Assembly (NCBI GenBank): GCA_045110315.1
Contig: JBGCFY010000046.1
Coordinates: 49,016-113,015 of the forward strand
Length of the DNA stretch: 64,000 nt
Reading direction: 5' to 3'
From: Saprospiraceae bacterium
GTDB taxonomy: Bacteria > Bacteroidota > Bacteroidia > Chitinophagales > Saprospiraceae
Within the stretch, counting starts at the first letter, position 1. Every line of letters begins with the position of its first letter. A program made the translations under genes and the position numbers. Positions 1-9,654 of the stretch are shown one piece after another. The notes below the pieces were generated by a model. That model was not told the origin of the DNA. It saw only the letters and a list, made by a program, of their open reading frames with translations, and did not search any database.

Positions 1-653
1 AGTAAAGAGAAATTGCCTTCCTCATCGTGACTTTCAAGAACGCCAGGTTTACGAATGTCACGTTCACAAAAAGGAGCGTGTTCCATCAACTGACCAAATT
101 TATTCCGATAACGATTAGGCGTAATAATCGGGCTACTCGATTCCACAATGAACAACCGATTACTTTCTGTCTCAAAAGTCATTTGGTAAATCGTTCCGCG
201 TGGTACAACCAAATAATCTCCGTAACCAAAATCTAAATTCCCATACATCGTTTTCAAAACTCCTTTCCCCTGGTGTACAAAAATAACTTCGTCCGCATCA
301 GCATTTTTAAAAAAGTAATCGGTCATACTTTTGCGCGGTGCCGCCAAAATAATTTTACAATCATTATTCACTAAAACCGGTTGCCGGCTTTTCAAATAAT
401 CATCCTCGGGCTTTACTTTAAAACCTAGTAAATTTCGATGCTTCAATTGTTTATCATGAATCGTTTCCGGCGCGATGGAATAAGGTTCTCCTACTTGTGT
501 AATTTGCGTCGGAGGATGAGCGTGATAAAGCAAAGAGTACAAGTCACTAAACCCTTCCGTTGAGAACAACTGCTCATGGTACAAACTACCATCCTCCTTT
601 CGGAATTGCGTATGGCGTTTTGGTGGAATTTTCCCCAAAGAATAATAATGCAT
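1..653 (-). CDS. hmgA: homogentisate 1,2-dioxygenase, N-terminal ~217 codons (gene continues past the left window edge)
   Basis: Absent from the ORF track because the window edge truncates it. My minus-strand translation from the ATG (complement of 651-653) stays open to position 1: MHYYSLGKIPPKRHTQFRKEDGSLYHEQLFSTEGFSDLYSLLYHAHPPTQITQVGEPYSIAPETIHDKQLKHRNLLGFKVKPEDDYLKSRQPVLVNNDCKIILAAPRKSMTDYFFKNADADEVIFVHQGKGVLKTMYGNLDFGYGDYLVVPRGTIYQM... The blocks KRHTQF, STEGF, LYH..PPT and GDY.V.PRG match my recollection of HGD enzymes. The + ORF 27..236 is its antisense shadow. Confidence 0.8.
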   Translation of the reverse strand, partial: MHYYSLGKIPPKRHTQFRKEDGSLYHEQLFSTEGFSDLYSLLYHAHPPTQITQVGEPYSIAPETIHDKQLKHRNLLGFKVKPEDDYLKSRQPVLVNNDCKIILAAPRKSMTDYFFKNADADEVIFVHQGKGVLKTMYGNLDFGYGDYLVVPRGTIYQMTFETESNRLFIVESSSPIITPNRYRNKFGQLMEHAPFCERDIRKPGVLESHDEEGNFSL

Positions 654-721
654 AAGTCAATTTTTTATCTTGAAATACAACAAGCCATTGTAAGGCAAGC
701 TTAGCTCAGGCTGTACTAAAT

Positions 722-1180
722 TTAGTCCGTCTTAATATTATTAAAAATAGTATTCATAATCTCCGTCAAACGTTTCAAATCTTCTTCGGCTAAGCCTTTC
801 CAACACTGTGCTCTAAATTTTCTTAACACCGGAAGCACCGCTTTAATTTTAGCTTTCCCCTCAGCCGACAAACAAATTTTAAATTTCCGGCGATCTATCG
901 GATCCTTCTCTCGTCTAAGTAATTTTTTATGGCAAAGTAAATCTATAATTCGTGTCAACGTCGGCGCATCTTTGTAGCAACGTTGCCCTAGCTCAAACTG
1001 ACTTAGACCATCCTCTTTATCCAATGCTTGCAAAATCACCCATTGATCAACCGTAATGCCCAAATCGTGCTGCTTTAGCATTTGCTGATAAAACTGTTTC
1101 ATGCGCTTAGCCGTCCGGTCTACAATAAACCCCGAAGTCGCTAAACTCAAATCCTTTGCTTTTTTTGTTTTAACACCCAT
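722..1180 (-). CDS. MarR-family transcriptional regulator
   Basis: 152 aa. Shows the winged-helix pattern typical of MarR (DQWVILQAL...LSQFELGQRCYKDAPTLTRIIDLLCHKKLLRREKDPIDRRKFKICLSAEG). Sits next to hmgA on the same strand. Confidence 0.8.
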   Translation of the reverse strand: MGVKTKKAKDLSLATSGFIVDRTAKRMKQFYQQMLKQHDLGITVDQWVILQALDKEDGLSQFELGQRCYKDAPTLTRIIDLLCHKKLLRREKDPIDRRKFKICLSAEGKAKIKAVLPVLRKFRAQCWKGLAEEDLKRLTEIMNTIFNNIKTD

Positions 1181-1280
1181 TAATAGTTGTTATACTAATT
1201 ATTCGTAAGATAAGGATTTATTTAAAAAATAACAAGTTCATTTAAAAGCTAGTATGCTAGAAAGTTGATTTGAACAATTA

Positions 1281-2732
1281 CTATTCTAAAAGTCGCTTAA
1301 CCTTATCTGCTTGCAAGGCTACCACTTTTTGTCCGGTAAGTACAAGGAGTTCTTGCTCTCTTTTAGTAATCGTATATTTGGTACCAACATTCATTACGAG
1401 AGCATAGAGAATTTGTAAATCTAGTGGCGTCAAACTTTCCATGTCTTTTTTCATCAGATCAATTAGTCGCTGACTTTCTTCTTTGATCAAAATTACCTTA
1501 GGAGCTTGCGCTTCGTTGTTCTCCAATAATACATTGAAAGCAAATACAACAGCCTCAAAGCCAAATAAATTCTTCAAATTCCGAATTTCTGATAGCGCAG
1601 TCATTCTGCGAGCATCAAGACCGGAAGAGGCCAAACGACGATATACTTTAATAGAAGAAATTGATTTATTCTTTTTAGAAAAAGTAGGAAGCATTCCGCC
1701 ATTATCGGCATCAATAACGAAGAGGACTTTTCGTTTTGCACGATTATCCTTTTTCAACACATCCAATGCTGTATAGTAACCGAAATTATCGGTCATCGCC
1801 CCATCAATCACGTGCAAATGCCCTCGTTTCTCATTAAAATTACTAGAAAGGGTCGTATTAGAAATTAACACGGGAAAACTTCCACTCGCCTTGATACCTA
1901 CGGATAAAGGTACTTGGTAAGGATTGTAATCTTCTCCTTTAATTCTCTTCATTCGATGCTTATAACCCGTTATTTTATAACTTTTTAAAATATCGGGTGA
2001 AAATGGAAAAATGACCATTTTATCAAAAACGGAACCATTTGCAAACATCATTGGGTACTTGACCTTTTGCTTTGTACTGTCCTTATGTACAAATAGATCT
2101 CCGAGGACGATACTCTTCAACGCAGTTACGTGGTGTTTTCCTTCTTTGCTATGTTTTTTCTCTTCTTTTAAGCGCTTAGCCCGTAAGCGATATCCCAGAA
2201 CGTGATCGTCCACCGCTCGCTCCAACGCATCACCATCATCCGCATGAGAAAACCAGAGTTTGGGATTAAAGTTTGCACGCAGCAATCGTTTAGTATACGA
2301 ATGACTCAAACAATCTTCAATACATTCCTCAAAATAAGATTGTAATGCAAAACGCTTACTTTCTCCCCTAAGGTCGTGTTCATAAAGTGCTCCAATGTAA
2401 GCGCCCCCCGCAAAACCACCTCCCGAAACGGTGGAAATATAATCGACTTCCCGCAAGGCGTTTGTCGACGCCAATTGCAGTTTTTCTAGACCCAACATTA
2501 CCCCCATCGCAAAGTTAGCCGACCGAGAGCCACCTCCAGAGATAGACATCGCAACGCCAAGTTCTGGGTCTTGCCCCGCACGCAATTGCACCGATTTATA
2601 TTCTTCCAATTGAACCGTCGGCACCGCAACGCCATCGTATAAAAACTGAGAGCGATCGACAACTAACTTATTACTCGAACAAGCGGTCAGTAAAAAAGAT
2701 AGGATAATAAAAAAACTAGCGGTCTGTTTCAT
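1281..2732 (-). CDS. patatin-like phospholipase, probable lipoprotein
   Basis: Lipoprotein-type signal MKQTASFFIILSFLLTACSS. Oxyanion-hole block SISGGGSRSANFAMGV. Nucleophile-elbow-like STVSGGGFAGG (Thr replaces the first Gly of GxSxG). Catalytic Asp block VIDGAMTDNFG. Confidence 0.75.
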   Translation of the reverse strand: MKQTASFFIILSFLLTACSSNKLVVDRSQFLYDGVAVPTVQLEEYKSVQLRAGQDPELGVAMSISGGGSRSANFAMGVMLGLEKLQLASTNALREVDYISTVSGGGFAGGAYIGALYEHDLRGESKRFALQSYFEECIEDCLSHSYTKRLLRANFNPKLWFSHADDGDALERAVDDHVLGYRLRAKRLKEEKKHSKEGKHHVTALKSIVLGDLFVHKDSTKQKVKYPMMFANGSVFDKMVIFPFSPDILKSYKITGYKHRMKRIKGEDYNPYQVPLSVGIKASGSFPVLISNTTLSSNFNEKRGHLHVIDGAMTDNFGYYTALDVLKKDNRAKRKVLFVIDADNGGMLPTFSKKNKSISSIKVYRRLASSGLDARRMTALSEIRNLKNLFGFEAVVFAFNVLLENNEAQAPKVILIKEESQRLIDLMKKDMESLTPLDLQILYALVMNVGTKYTITKREQELLVLTGQKVVALQADKVKRLLE

Positions 2733-3177
2733 CTTTACTTTTAAATTTCAATTGAGGTTAAGCCACGGTAACATAAGTTAGCGCTTGAGTATAAAACTAA
2801 ACTAGTAATTTTTCTTCTAGCATAGAATATTTTATGGATAAAAATAACGAAAAACAGCGATTCCAGAAAATTCTTAGCACATGATGACCTAGGTTCATTG
2901 AAATTTTGAATCCTGACTTTGTAGCAATCAAGAAACACCCGCCTGATTAACCATAACGATCAAGATGAGGGCGTGATGCGAAAAAGAATAGTTGAAAAGT
3001 AAATAAGTTTAGCTTACAATATACGAAGTTCAGCGTATTGAATGAAGTTATTTTAGTACTTCATAAATGCTACGACTAATGAATTAACGGAAGGGAATAA
3101 AGAAATGAATTACAGTTTTTTTTAGCAAAATGCCTTCCGCAAAAGCTAGCGTGAAGATGACTACCACTTTTTTAAAA

Positions 3178-3222
3178 CTGCCGTTTGTTAGCTTGAGAAC
3201 AAAACAAACGGCAGCTTTTTTT
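3178..3222. terminator. 12-bp hairpin with flanking T-runs on both strands, likely bidirectional intrinsic terminator
   Basis: CTGCCGTTTGTT (3178-3189) pairs perfectly with AACAAACGGCAG (3203-3214). It is followed by c+TTTTTTT on the + strand and by TTTT on the - strand. It lies 12 nt downstream of the stop of the minus-strand gene ending at 3227. Confidence 0.6.
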
Positions 3223-3226
3223 AATT

Positions 3227-4240
3227 TCAGGAAGACGACTGCTCAGATCGGTGTGCCATCCGTTGAATGGCATCAATGATATTGTCTAACGCCCGAGGAT
3301 AATCTACGTACTTAATATTATGTTGATCTCTTCCCCAGATGCTAATGGTCACCACTTTTTTCTTATTGCCATACGCTACGGCCAAGCGTAGGGGAATTGG
3401 TGTCGGTTTATTATGTTTTCGCTTTTGGCAAACGCTGTTCGAACAATCGTATAACCGCTCAAACTCAAAAAACTTTTGGGTAATGATAAATTCCGCAAAT
3501 TGCTCCAGCTCTTCTCTTGGAATATCTTTCCTGGTTACTTGTAAACCACTATTTACACTTTTGAATTCTTTGATCAGCCGACCGTCACTCTTAATGTGAA
3601 TATAGTCTCGCAAGACCGGATCTACGCCACCATAATAACCACCACCAATAAGTTCAATGCTGATATAAACAAGTTTTGACTTTTTCTTTTTCTTCTTCTT
3701 TTTACGCTTTTTCTTACGTTTTTTACCAAATGCCCACCAACGTTTTTTATTGGGATTTACAGCCTCTACGTTGATATCTGGTAATTCATTTGCCGGCTTA
3801 ACGAAAGGAGCATCTTTTGATTCTACTCTTACAAAATGGTACTGATAAGTTCCTTTGCTATTCCGTTGCGTAAACTCTAAGACCAGCGTTTTTTTATTCG
3901 TTACCGCAATTTCAAATTTCTTGATGTGCTTAAAACTGTAGAAAAGTTCACTGCCGTTCAGACTCCAAGTCCCTTTACTGAGCTTGCCATTTAAGTATTG
4001 CTGATAAGTATAATCGTAACGAAAATGCAAAAAGTATTCGTAAAAGTCCTCTGCTTGGTGAATAATCGTATTCGATTCTACGTGAATAGCATAGGTATAT
4101 CGCCACTTAGTTTCAATAATTTTGCGTTCATCCACTACGGGATAATTAGTCCCCCAACCCAAAGAGTCTTGCTGCGCCAATAATTGACCGCCAGCAATGA
4201 CCAGTAGCACCAAACTTAAAATTAAATGATATTTTTTCAT
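3227..4240 (-). CDS. secreted hypothetical protein with two domains joined by a poly-lysine linker
   Basis: The ORF track gives 3227..4285 from a TTG. ATG at 4238-4240 yields a clean signal peptide, MKKYHLILSLVLLVIAGGQLLAQ. The internal run is KKRWWAFGKKRKKKRKKKKKKKKSK. I recognise no family. Confidence 0.6.
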   Translation of the reverse strand: MKKYHLILSLVLLVIAGGQLLAQQDSLGWGTNYPVVDERKIIETKWRYTYAIHVESNTIIHQAEDFYEYFLHFRYDYTYQQYLNGKLSKGTWSLNGSELFYSFKHIKKFEIAVTNKKTLVLEFTQRNSKGTYQYHFVRVESKDAPFVKPANELPDINVEAVNPNKKRWWAFGKKRKKKRKKKKKKKKSKLVYISIELIGGGYYGGVDPVLRDYIHIKSDGRLIKEFKSVNSGLQVTRKDIPREELEQFAEFIITQKFFEFERLYDCSNSVCQKRKHNKPTPIPLRLAVAYGNKKKVVTISIWGRDQHNIKYVDYPRALDNIIDAIQRMAHRSEQSSS

Positions 4241-4551
4241 TCTAATGCATTGAAATCTACGTACATCGTAAAAAGAAGTCCTCAAAATAAAGGATTGCTT
4301 ATACTACAGTGTACTAAGTGGGGTTCGAAGTTTTTTCGTTTTCCCTGGATAAGCCCACTACTGCCCATGAATTCGTAAAACTTCGAACCACTGCTAACTT
4401 ACCAAAGAAGAATAATTTCCTAAACATCCCAAAAAATTGTTTGGGTAGTTTAACGTAAGTTTTACCGCTCATCTTATGTAAAAAGAAATAATTTATGCCA
4501 TCGTCTACTGCTTGGTCATTAAGCATTTACAGTTGATTGACCTATAGTTGC

Positions 4552-6006
4552 TTAGAAACGGTAGCCAAAAGTTAGCATAAACCGACCGTTACTTAAGTCA
4601 TTACTTACTCGTTGTTCCGCAGCTGTATCTGCTAAGCGGTAAGGAATATAAGCTTCTTCGGATTGTGTCCCTCGATAAGCAAAATCAATGTAATACTGTC
4701 TTTCTCTCAAACCTAAGCCTAAACTATAACTAGTATTTATAATATCATCATCTGCATAAGGTGTGCCATTTATCCCAAATCCAGCTCGAAATCTAAAAAT
4801 TTCGTACGCATACTCTCCTCCTAGGCGAATATTTAAAGTAGATTTAAAATCATCTTCAATCTCTCCATTCACTTCTCGCTCATATTCTCGGTCATTATCG
4901 AAGTTAATACTCGCAGAGCGATAGTCTACCCATTCTACCTCAGCCGTCAAAAATCCGTATTTTTTGATGATTACACCGAGGCTACCAATCGCTCTCCAAG
5001 GTGTCCGAATGCTATATTCAGAGATACCTTCAATAGAACGTGCCGTACGTGGACCGTCGTTAGCCCCAAAAGTATAATCGTACGTTAGTGTATTATTGTA
5101 CTTATCCGTTAAACTCACTGCCGTTGGAGTGTGAATGGCAGCTCCTAGCCGAAACATTTGGTTAATTCGATAAATCAATCCTAGTTTTAAATTCACACCG
5201 ACGCCGTTTGTTCTAATTGACTCCGTAAATCGTAAACTATTGAAAATAGCATTTCCATTTTCGACATCTTCTTCCGTGTATTCTTTTTCTACCGAATAAG
5301 AGAAGAAAGGAACCCCAATAGTGGCACCAATCATAATTTTATTATCATAGTTTCCCGCTAAGGAAAAAACCAATTCGTTAATTGATCCTTTTGCGATGAC
5401 ATTCTGAGTTCTTTTTAAAGGTAAATCTGGTGTTTCTGCAATATCATCAATATACTCTCCTGAAACATTAGGAATGAAGATCGCCTCAATCGAATCTGCT
5501 AAACCAGCCTCAAATTCATCTAATCCAAAAGTATTGGCAAGTTCCACAAATCGAGTTGTGATTGATCCTTTAGATTTGCCTTCGAAATAAAAATTATTAT
5601 TGAAATTAGCCCGACGATTCAAACCAATCCCGATATTAGACGTTTGCCACTTAAGATTTTTGGGCTTTGCGGTCAGGATGATTCCAATATTATTAAGGTT
5701 GAAATTAGTTTTATTTTCTTCGATTGCCTCATTTCCTGCACCTTCTAAAGTAGAAACCGTGGTCGCGTTAAATAATGTAGGCGTCAATACAAACTCTGAT
5801 CTACGATAAACCGCTAGTCCCGCAGGATTCGTGCTAAGCGTAGCAAAGTCTCCTCCTAAAGCACCAATTGCACCACCTACACCTACGGTACGAGCAGTAC
5901 CACCAACATCAAGGTAAGAAAAACGTAAAACGTCCGCCGCCGTTTGTGCCTGCAAAATGTTTAGGCAAAAAAAGGCGAATAATAATCCATATATACTTTT
6001 CATCAT
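4552..6006 (-). CDS. outer-membrane beta-barrel protein (FadL/OmpP1/PorV-like)
   Basis: Signal peptide MMKSIYGLLFAFFCLNILQAQ. Gly/Ala-rich N-terminal segment GVGGAIGALGGDFATLSTNPAGLA as in FadL/PorV-type barrels. Alternating beta-strand pattern throughout. Terminal aromatic ...TFGYRF. Confidence 0.6.
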   Translation of the reverse strand: MMKSIYGLLFAFFCLNILQAQTAADVLRFSYLDVGGTARTVGVGGAIGALGGDFATLSTNPAGLAVYRRSEFVLTPTLFNATTVSTLEGAGNEAIEENKTNFNLNNIGIILTAKPKNLKWQTSNIGIGLNRRANFNNNFYFEGKSKGSITTRFVELANTFGLDEFEAGLADSIEAIFIPNVSGEYIDDIAETPDLPLKRTQNVIAKGSINELVFSLAGNYDNKIMIGATIGVPFFSYSVEKEYTEEDVENGNAIFNSLRFTESIRTNGVGVNLKLGLIYRINQMFRLGAAIHTPTAVSLTDKYNNTLTYDYTFGANDGPRTARSIEGISEYSIRTPWRAIGSLGVIIKKYGFLTAEVEWVDYRSASINFDNDREYEREVNGEIEDDFKSTLNIRLGGEYAYEIFRFRAGFGINGTPYADDDIINTSYSLGLGLRERQYYIDFAYRGTQSEEAYIPYRLADTAAEQRVSNDLSNGRFMLTFGYRF

Positions 6007-6292
6007 TTTATTTTTGTGTTAGGAAGAAGTCCTGAAAATAATATTTTCATTCAACCTCAGTTATATTTTATCATTGAGCACAGCACAGCGTGCTATCCCT
6101 CAATTTTGCATTGCTATAAGTTGATTTTACTGAGCAAAGCTTGCCCTTACGAGTAAGGTGCGAAATTAAGGCACAAAGCTCGAGTTATAAAATATTCCTA
6201 ATAAATTTAGTGAAATGTTTGATTTGTAGTAATACACACGAAGCAATAATTTGTTGAGTCAACTTCGGTACTTTACTTTAGTAGGTATAAAA

Positions 6293-6324
6293 AAGTGGCT
6301 GGACTTTCTACAATCCACCCACTT
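6293..6324 (-). terminator. possible intrinsic terminator of the 6389..7648 gene
   Basis: AAGTGGCTGGA (6293-6303) pairs with TCCACCCACTT (6314-6324), 11 bp with one mismatch. On the minus strand a TTTT run follows. It lies 65 nt downstream of the stop. Confidence 0.4.
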
Positions 6325-6388
6325 CTTTACCGCTATTTTATATACTTTAAGCTCAGGCATTCGTTGAGCTCAAAAAATAATTAGTCGA

Positions 6389-7648
6389 TTAGTTCCCTCT
6401 TCTACCACCTCTTCCGCCAGATGATCTTGACGACTTAGTCTTCGTAGAAGAACGACGGCTACTACTTCTGGTAGAACTTCCTGAAGAACGGTTATTACTG
6501 CGGCTACTTCTCGTAGAGCTTCCTGAAGAACGATTACTACCGCCACCACTTCTCGTTGAACTTCCTGAAGAACGACTATTACTACGGTTACTTCTTGTAG
6601 AGCTTCCTGAAGAACGACTGTTTCCGCTACCACTTCTCGTTGAAGAGCGATTCGTATTTTTTCTTGGATTACTGTAATCTCTTGATCCTCGAGTAGAAGA
6701 ACGATCTCTTTTCGTTTTGGTTCTTGTTTTGCTACGATCTACGTCAGACCGTGTACTTCCAGTGCTGCTGCCTCTCGTTCTCGAAGATTTGTCCTTATCG
6801 TGAGCAACATTTCCTCTACGAGTACCTTTACCAGGATCAACTTGGTTTGTAGTAGCGTTTCTTCCCGTACGGGTTACACCATTCGATTGTACATTACCAC
6901 CACGTGTTACATTTTTAGCACCGTTATTCGCAGCTTTATTTTGATTTCGAATCGTGCCCGCAGGAGCTTTTCCCGCTCCACCTCTTCGCGGCCCAAAGTA
7001 GGTTGGTGTTCCATTTCCATTAGCAGCAGTATAGAAGACAGGACTGTTATAATTTGGAGGACAAGCATTGTTCCATCCATTGTTCCATCCGTTATTCCAG
7101 CCATTATTATTCCAACCGTTGTTCCAGCCATTATTCCAGCCGTTGTTCCAACCATTATTCCAAGAGTTAGCATAAACAGGTACATACGCTATAGGCTGAC
7201 CAAAACCAAAGCCGAAACCACCTCCGCCTCCGAATCGGTTAAAGCGGTTAAAACGATTGAAGCGGTTCCATCTGCGAAATCTTCGCGCATTACCGAAATT
7301 ATTTCCAACGTTGATGTAGATATTGGTTCCTCCTGAAAAGAAAGGATTTGGATTGTAAAAATAAGAATCTACGTAGCAAGGATCGTAGAAGCCGAAACCT
7401 TGATAAGGTCGATGAAAACGTCGAATTCTAGAACTGTAGAAGTAATCATAGTCCTCGTCTTCGTATTCATCAGCATCGTCAACGTAAGATTCTTCGTAAT
7501 CCTCCTCATCGTAAGAAGTTGAAGTTGTCGTATAGTTATCGTCCGTGTCTGGGTTATAGTACAAATCATCGTACTGTGCTTGTGCACTGATCGTGAAACC
7601 AAGCAGACAAATTAGCGCCAGAAAACTCGAAATTTTAATATTTTTCAT
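6389..7648 (-). CDS. secreted, modular low-complexity protein (acidic Tyr-rich, RFN, Gly/Phe, WNNG and basic Arg/Ser-rich modules)
   Basis: Signal peptide MKNIKISSFLALICLLGFTISAQAQ. The single long frame is maintained through four different repeat modules, while ORFs in other frames and on the other strand are short shadows. I recognise no family. Confidence 0.65.
   Translation of the reverse strand: MKNIKISSFLALICLLGFTISAQAQYDDLYYNPDTDDNYTTTSTSYDEEDYEESYVDDADEYEDEDYDYFYSSRIRRFHRPYQGFGFYDPCYVDSYFYNPNPFFSGGTNIYINVGNNFGNARRFRRWNRFNRFNRFNRFGGGGGFGFGFGQPIAYVPVYANSWNNGWNNGWNNGWNNGWNNNGWNNGWNNGWNNACPPNYNSPVFYTAANGNGTPTYFGPRRGGAGKAPAGTIRNQNKAANNGAKNVTRGGNVQSNGVTRTGRNATTNQVDPGKGTRRGNVAHDKDKSSRTRGSSTGSTRSDVDRSKTRTKTKRDRSSTRGSRDYSNPRKNTNRSSTRSGSGNSRSSGSSTRSNRSNSRSSGSSTRSGGGSNRSSGSSTRSSRSNNRSSGSSTRSSSRRSSTKTKSSRSSGGRGGRRGN
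6446..6613 (-). repeat. coding tandem repeat, 42 nt x 4 (SSGSSTRS-x6)
   Basis: Protein units are SSGSSTRSNRSNSR / SSGSSTRSGGGSNR / SSGSSTRSSRSNNR / SSGSSTRSSSRRSS. The DNA motif cttcctgaagaacg recurs every 42 nt. Confidence 0.85.
7067..7162 (-). repeat. coding tandem repeat, 12 nt x ~8 (WNNG)
   Basis: Protein reads SWNNGWNNGWNNGWNNGWNNNGWNNGWNNGWNN. DNA units are ccattgttccat/ccgttattccag-type 12-mers. A 9-nt repeat (RFN x4) follows at 7232-7285. Confidence 0.85.
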
Positions 7649-7986
7649 AAAGTTGAAATTTTAAATGTAATTATGTGACTCTCTTACAAGTTACAAGTGT
7701 AATTTATTACTTTTATGGCTCACTTTCTGTTAATAATGTATTAAAGTTGAATCATTCACCTCAAAAAAGTGTTAAAACTTTGCATTGTGTACAACTTTAA
7801 GACGCTAAAGGAGACACTGCGTCACCAATATTTTATCCTAGTAATAGTTTTTTATAAACTATCTAATATGTATTTACAACAATTAATCACCCATCGTGGT
7901 TCAATTACATTTAATTCAGTATTGAAGTTTATAGACAAAAATTCTATTAAGTCTTAAATACTTCCCTTAAAATTATTTTACAATCC

Positions 7987-9456
7987 ATGTCAAAAGAGAT
8001 TACAAACAGAGCTGACGATTACTCTCAATGGTATACCGACATTGTCAAAAAAGCGGGATTAGCAGATCATTCTGCGGTCAGAGGTTGTATGGTGATCAAG
8101 CCCAATGGTTATGCAGTTTGGGAGAATATCCAGCGACAACTCGACCAAATGTTTAAAGATACTGGGCACGTCAACGCCTATTTTCCTTTATTTGTTCCAA
8201 AAAGTTTATTTGAAGCAGAGGAGAAAAATGCAGAAGGTTTTGCCAAAGAATGCGCCGTCGTAACTCATTATCGACTTAAAACAGATCCTGAGGATAAGTC
8301 TAAACTTGTTGTCGATCCAAAAGCTAAACTGGAAGAAGAATTAATCGTTCGTCCTACCTCGGAGGCTATTATTTGGAATACTTATCGAGACTGGATTAAC
8401 TCTTACCGAGATCTGCCTTTATTGATCAATCAATGGGCAAACGTTGTGCGTTGGGAAATGCGAACTCGACTGTTTTTACGGACGGCAGAATTTCTGTGGC
8501 AAGAAGGTCATACGGCACACGCAACGAAGCAAGAAGCTATTGAAGAAGCGAAGCGGATGCAAGACGTTTATGCAAGTTTTGCGGAAGAATATATGGCGAT
8601 GCCAGTTATTCGTGGGTACAAGTCGGAAAGTGAGCGTTTTGCGGGAGCAGAAGATACCTATACCATCGAGGCGTTAATGCAAGATGGCAAGGCTTTGCAA
8701 GCAGGTACCTCGCATTTTTTGGGTCAAAACTTTGCAAAAGCATTCAATGTTAAGTTTTCGAACCAAAACAATAAAGAAGAATATGTATGGGCAACTTCTT
8801 GGGGCGTTTCTACTCGCTTAATTGGTGGGTTAATTATGACTCATTCCGATGACCAAGGCTTAGTATTACCTCCAAAATTAGCTCCTTTACAAGTGGTAAT
8901 CGTACCGATTCCAAAGCCTAATGAAGAAATTGATGCGGTTGCAGAGAAAATCATGGCAACGCTCAAGGCAAAGGGAATTTCGGTAAAATATGATCAGGAT
9001 AGTAAAAAGCGACCAGGTTTTAAGTTTGCAGAATACGAAATGCGGGGCATTCCAGTAAGAATTGGGATTGGAAAACGAGACTTAGAAAAAGGTGTCGTCG
9101 AAGTAGCGAGAAGAGATACGCAAGAGAAAACGAGTCAACCGCTAGAAGGAGTCGAAGATTACGTCGCACAGCTTTTAGAGGATATTCAGACGAACCTTTT
9201 CGAACGAGCGTTGAAGTTTAGAGCAGATCATACCAGCGAAGTTGATACTTTTGAGGAGTTCAAAGAAGTTTTGGAAAGTAAAGGAGGGTTCATTTTGGCG
9301 CACTGGGATGAAACCGCAGAGACGGAGAACAAAATCAAAGAATTGACGAAAGCAACGATCCGTTGTATTCCATTGGATGCAAAAGAAGAAGTTGGAAAAT
9401 GCATTTTAACGGGTAATCCTTCTCCGCGTAGGGTACTTTTTGCGAAAGCTTACTAA
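7987..9456 (+). CDS. proS: proline--tRNA ligase (short, archaeal/eukaryote-like class IIa form)
   Basis: 489 aa. N-terminus is ...[38 protein letters not shown]. Class II motifs [21 protein letters not shown] and [14 protein letters not shown] are present. The C-terminal ...RRVLFAKAY is typical of this ProRS type. Confidence 0.95.
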   Translation: MSKEITNRADDYSQWYTDIVKKAGLADHSAVRGCMVIKPNGYAVWENIQRQLDQMFKDTGHVNAYFPLFVPKSLFEAEEKNAEGFAKECAVVTHYRLKTDPEDKSKLVVDPKAKLEEELIVRPTSEAIIWNTYRDWINSYRDLPLLINQWANVVRWEMRTRLFLRTAEFLWQEGHTAHATKQEAIEEAKRMQDVYASFAEEYMAMPVIRGYKSESERFAGAEDTYTIEALMQDGKALQAGTSHFLGQNFAKAFNVKFSNQNNKEEYVWATSWGVSTRLIGGLIMTHSDDQGLVLPPKLAPLQVVIVPIPKPNEEIDAVAEKIMATLKAKGISVKYDQDSKKRPGFKFAEYEMRGIPVRIGIGKRDLEKGVVEVARRDTQEKTSQPLEGVEDYVAQLLEDIQTNLFERALKFRADHTSEVDTFEEFKEVLESKGGFILAHWDETAETENKIKELTKATIRCIPLDAKEEVGKCILTGNPSPRRVLFAKAY

Positions 9457-9654
9457 GTACACTATAAATTAAGTACAGTCCTAAGAAGTTGTTTAAAAAC
9501 TTCAAGGATTTTTGCAGGTTTATTCGTATTTTTGTGCGCTAAATGCGTTTAAGAATTCAATCATTGGTAACAAGCTAAATTTTCTAAGCCTTGCCATTAT
9601 GTAAATTGAAACCCGCGCTATTTTTATTCAACATACTTTCTAAAAAATAAAATT

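Noticed and set aside
2741-2938. 65-aa minus-strand ORF downstream of the patatin gene, and similar isolated short ORFs at 7769..7957, 10064..10345, 31387..31596, 31574..31795 and 36918..37181
   Set aside because: They sit in AT-rich intergenic DNA or overlap neighbouring gene ends, and their sequences look like translated AT-rich spacer. Nothing supports them beyond being open.
4320-4334. GGGGTTCGAAG, resembling a tRNA T-arm
   Set aside because: No matching acceptor, D or anticodon arms can be drawn. It is one arm of the 13-bp inverted repeat.
4314-4526. 70-aa minus-strand ORF between the beta-barrel gene and the poly-Lys protein gene
   Set aside because: It has no recognisable features and no promoter-like context. 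It is spanned by the 13-bp inverted repeat at 4322-4389, so a structured non-coding spacer is more likely.
6446-7285. Regularly spaced short DNA repeats, checked as a possible CRISPR array
   Set aside because: The periods are 9, 12 and 42 nt with no unique spacers. All repeats are in frame within one coding sequence. No cas genes are in the window.
6370-7602. ORF-track entries 6370..6633 (-), 6800..7336 (+), 6907..7185 (-) and 7369..7602 (-) inside the low-complexity gene
   Set aside because: They are alternative-frame or antisense readings of the same tandem repeats. Repetitive, compositionally biased DNA stays open in several frames. Only the 6389..7648 frame has a signal peptide and spans all modules.
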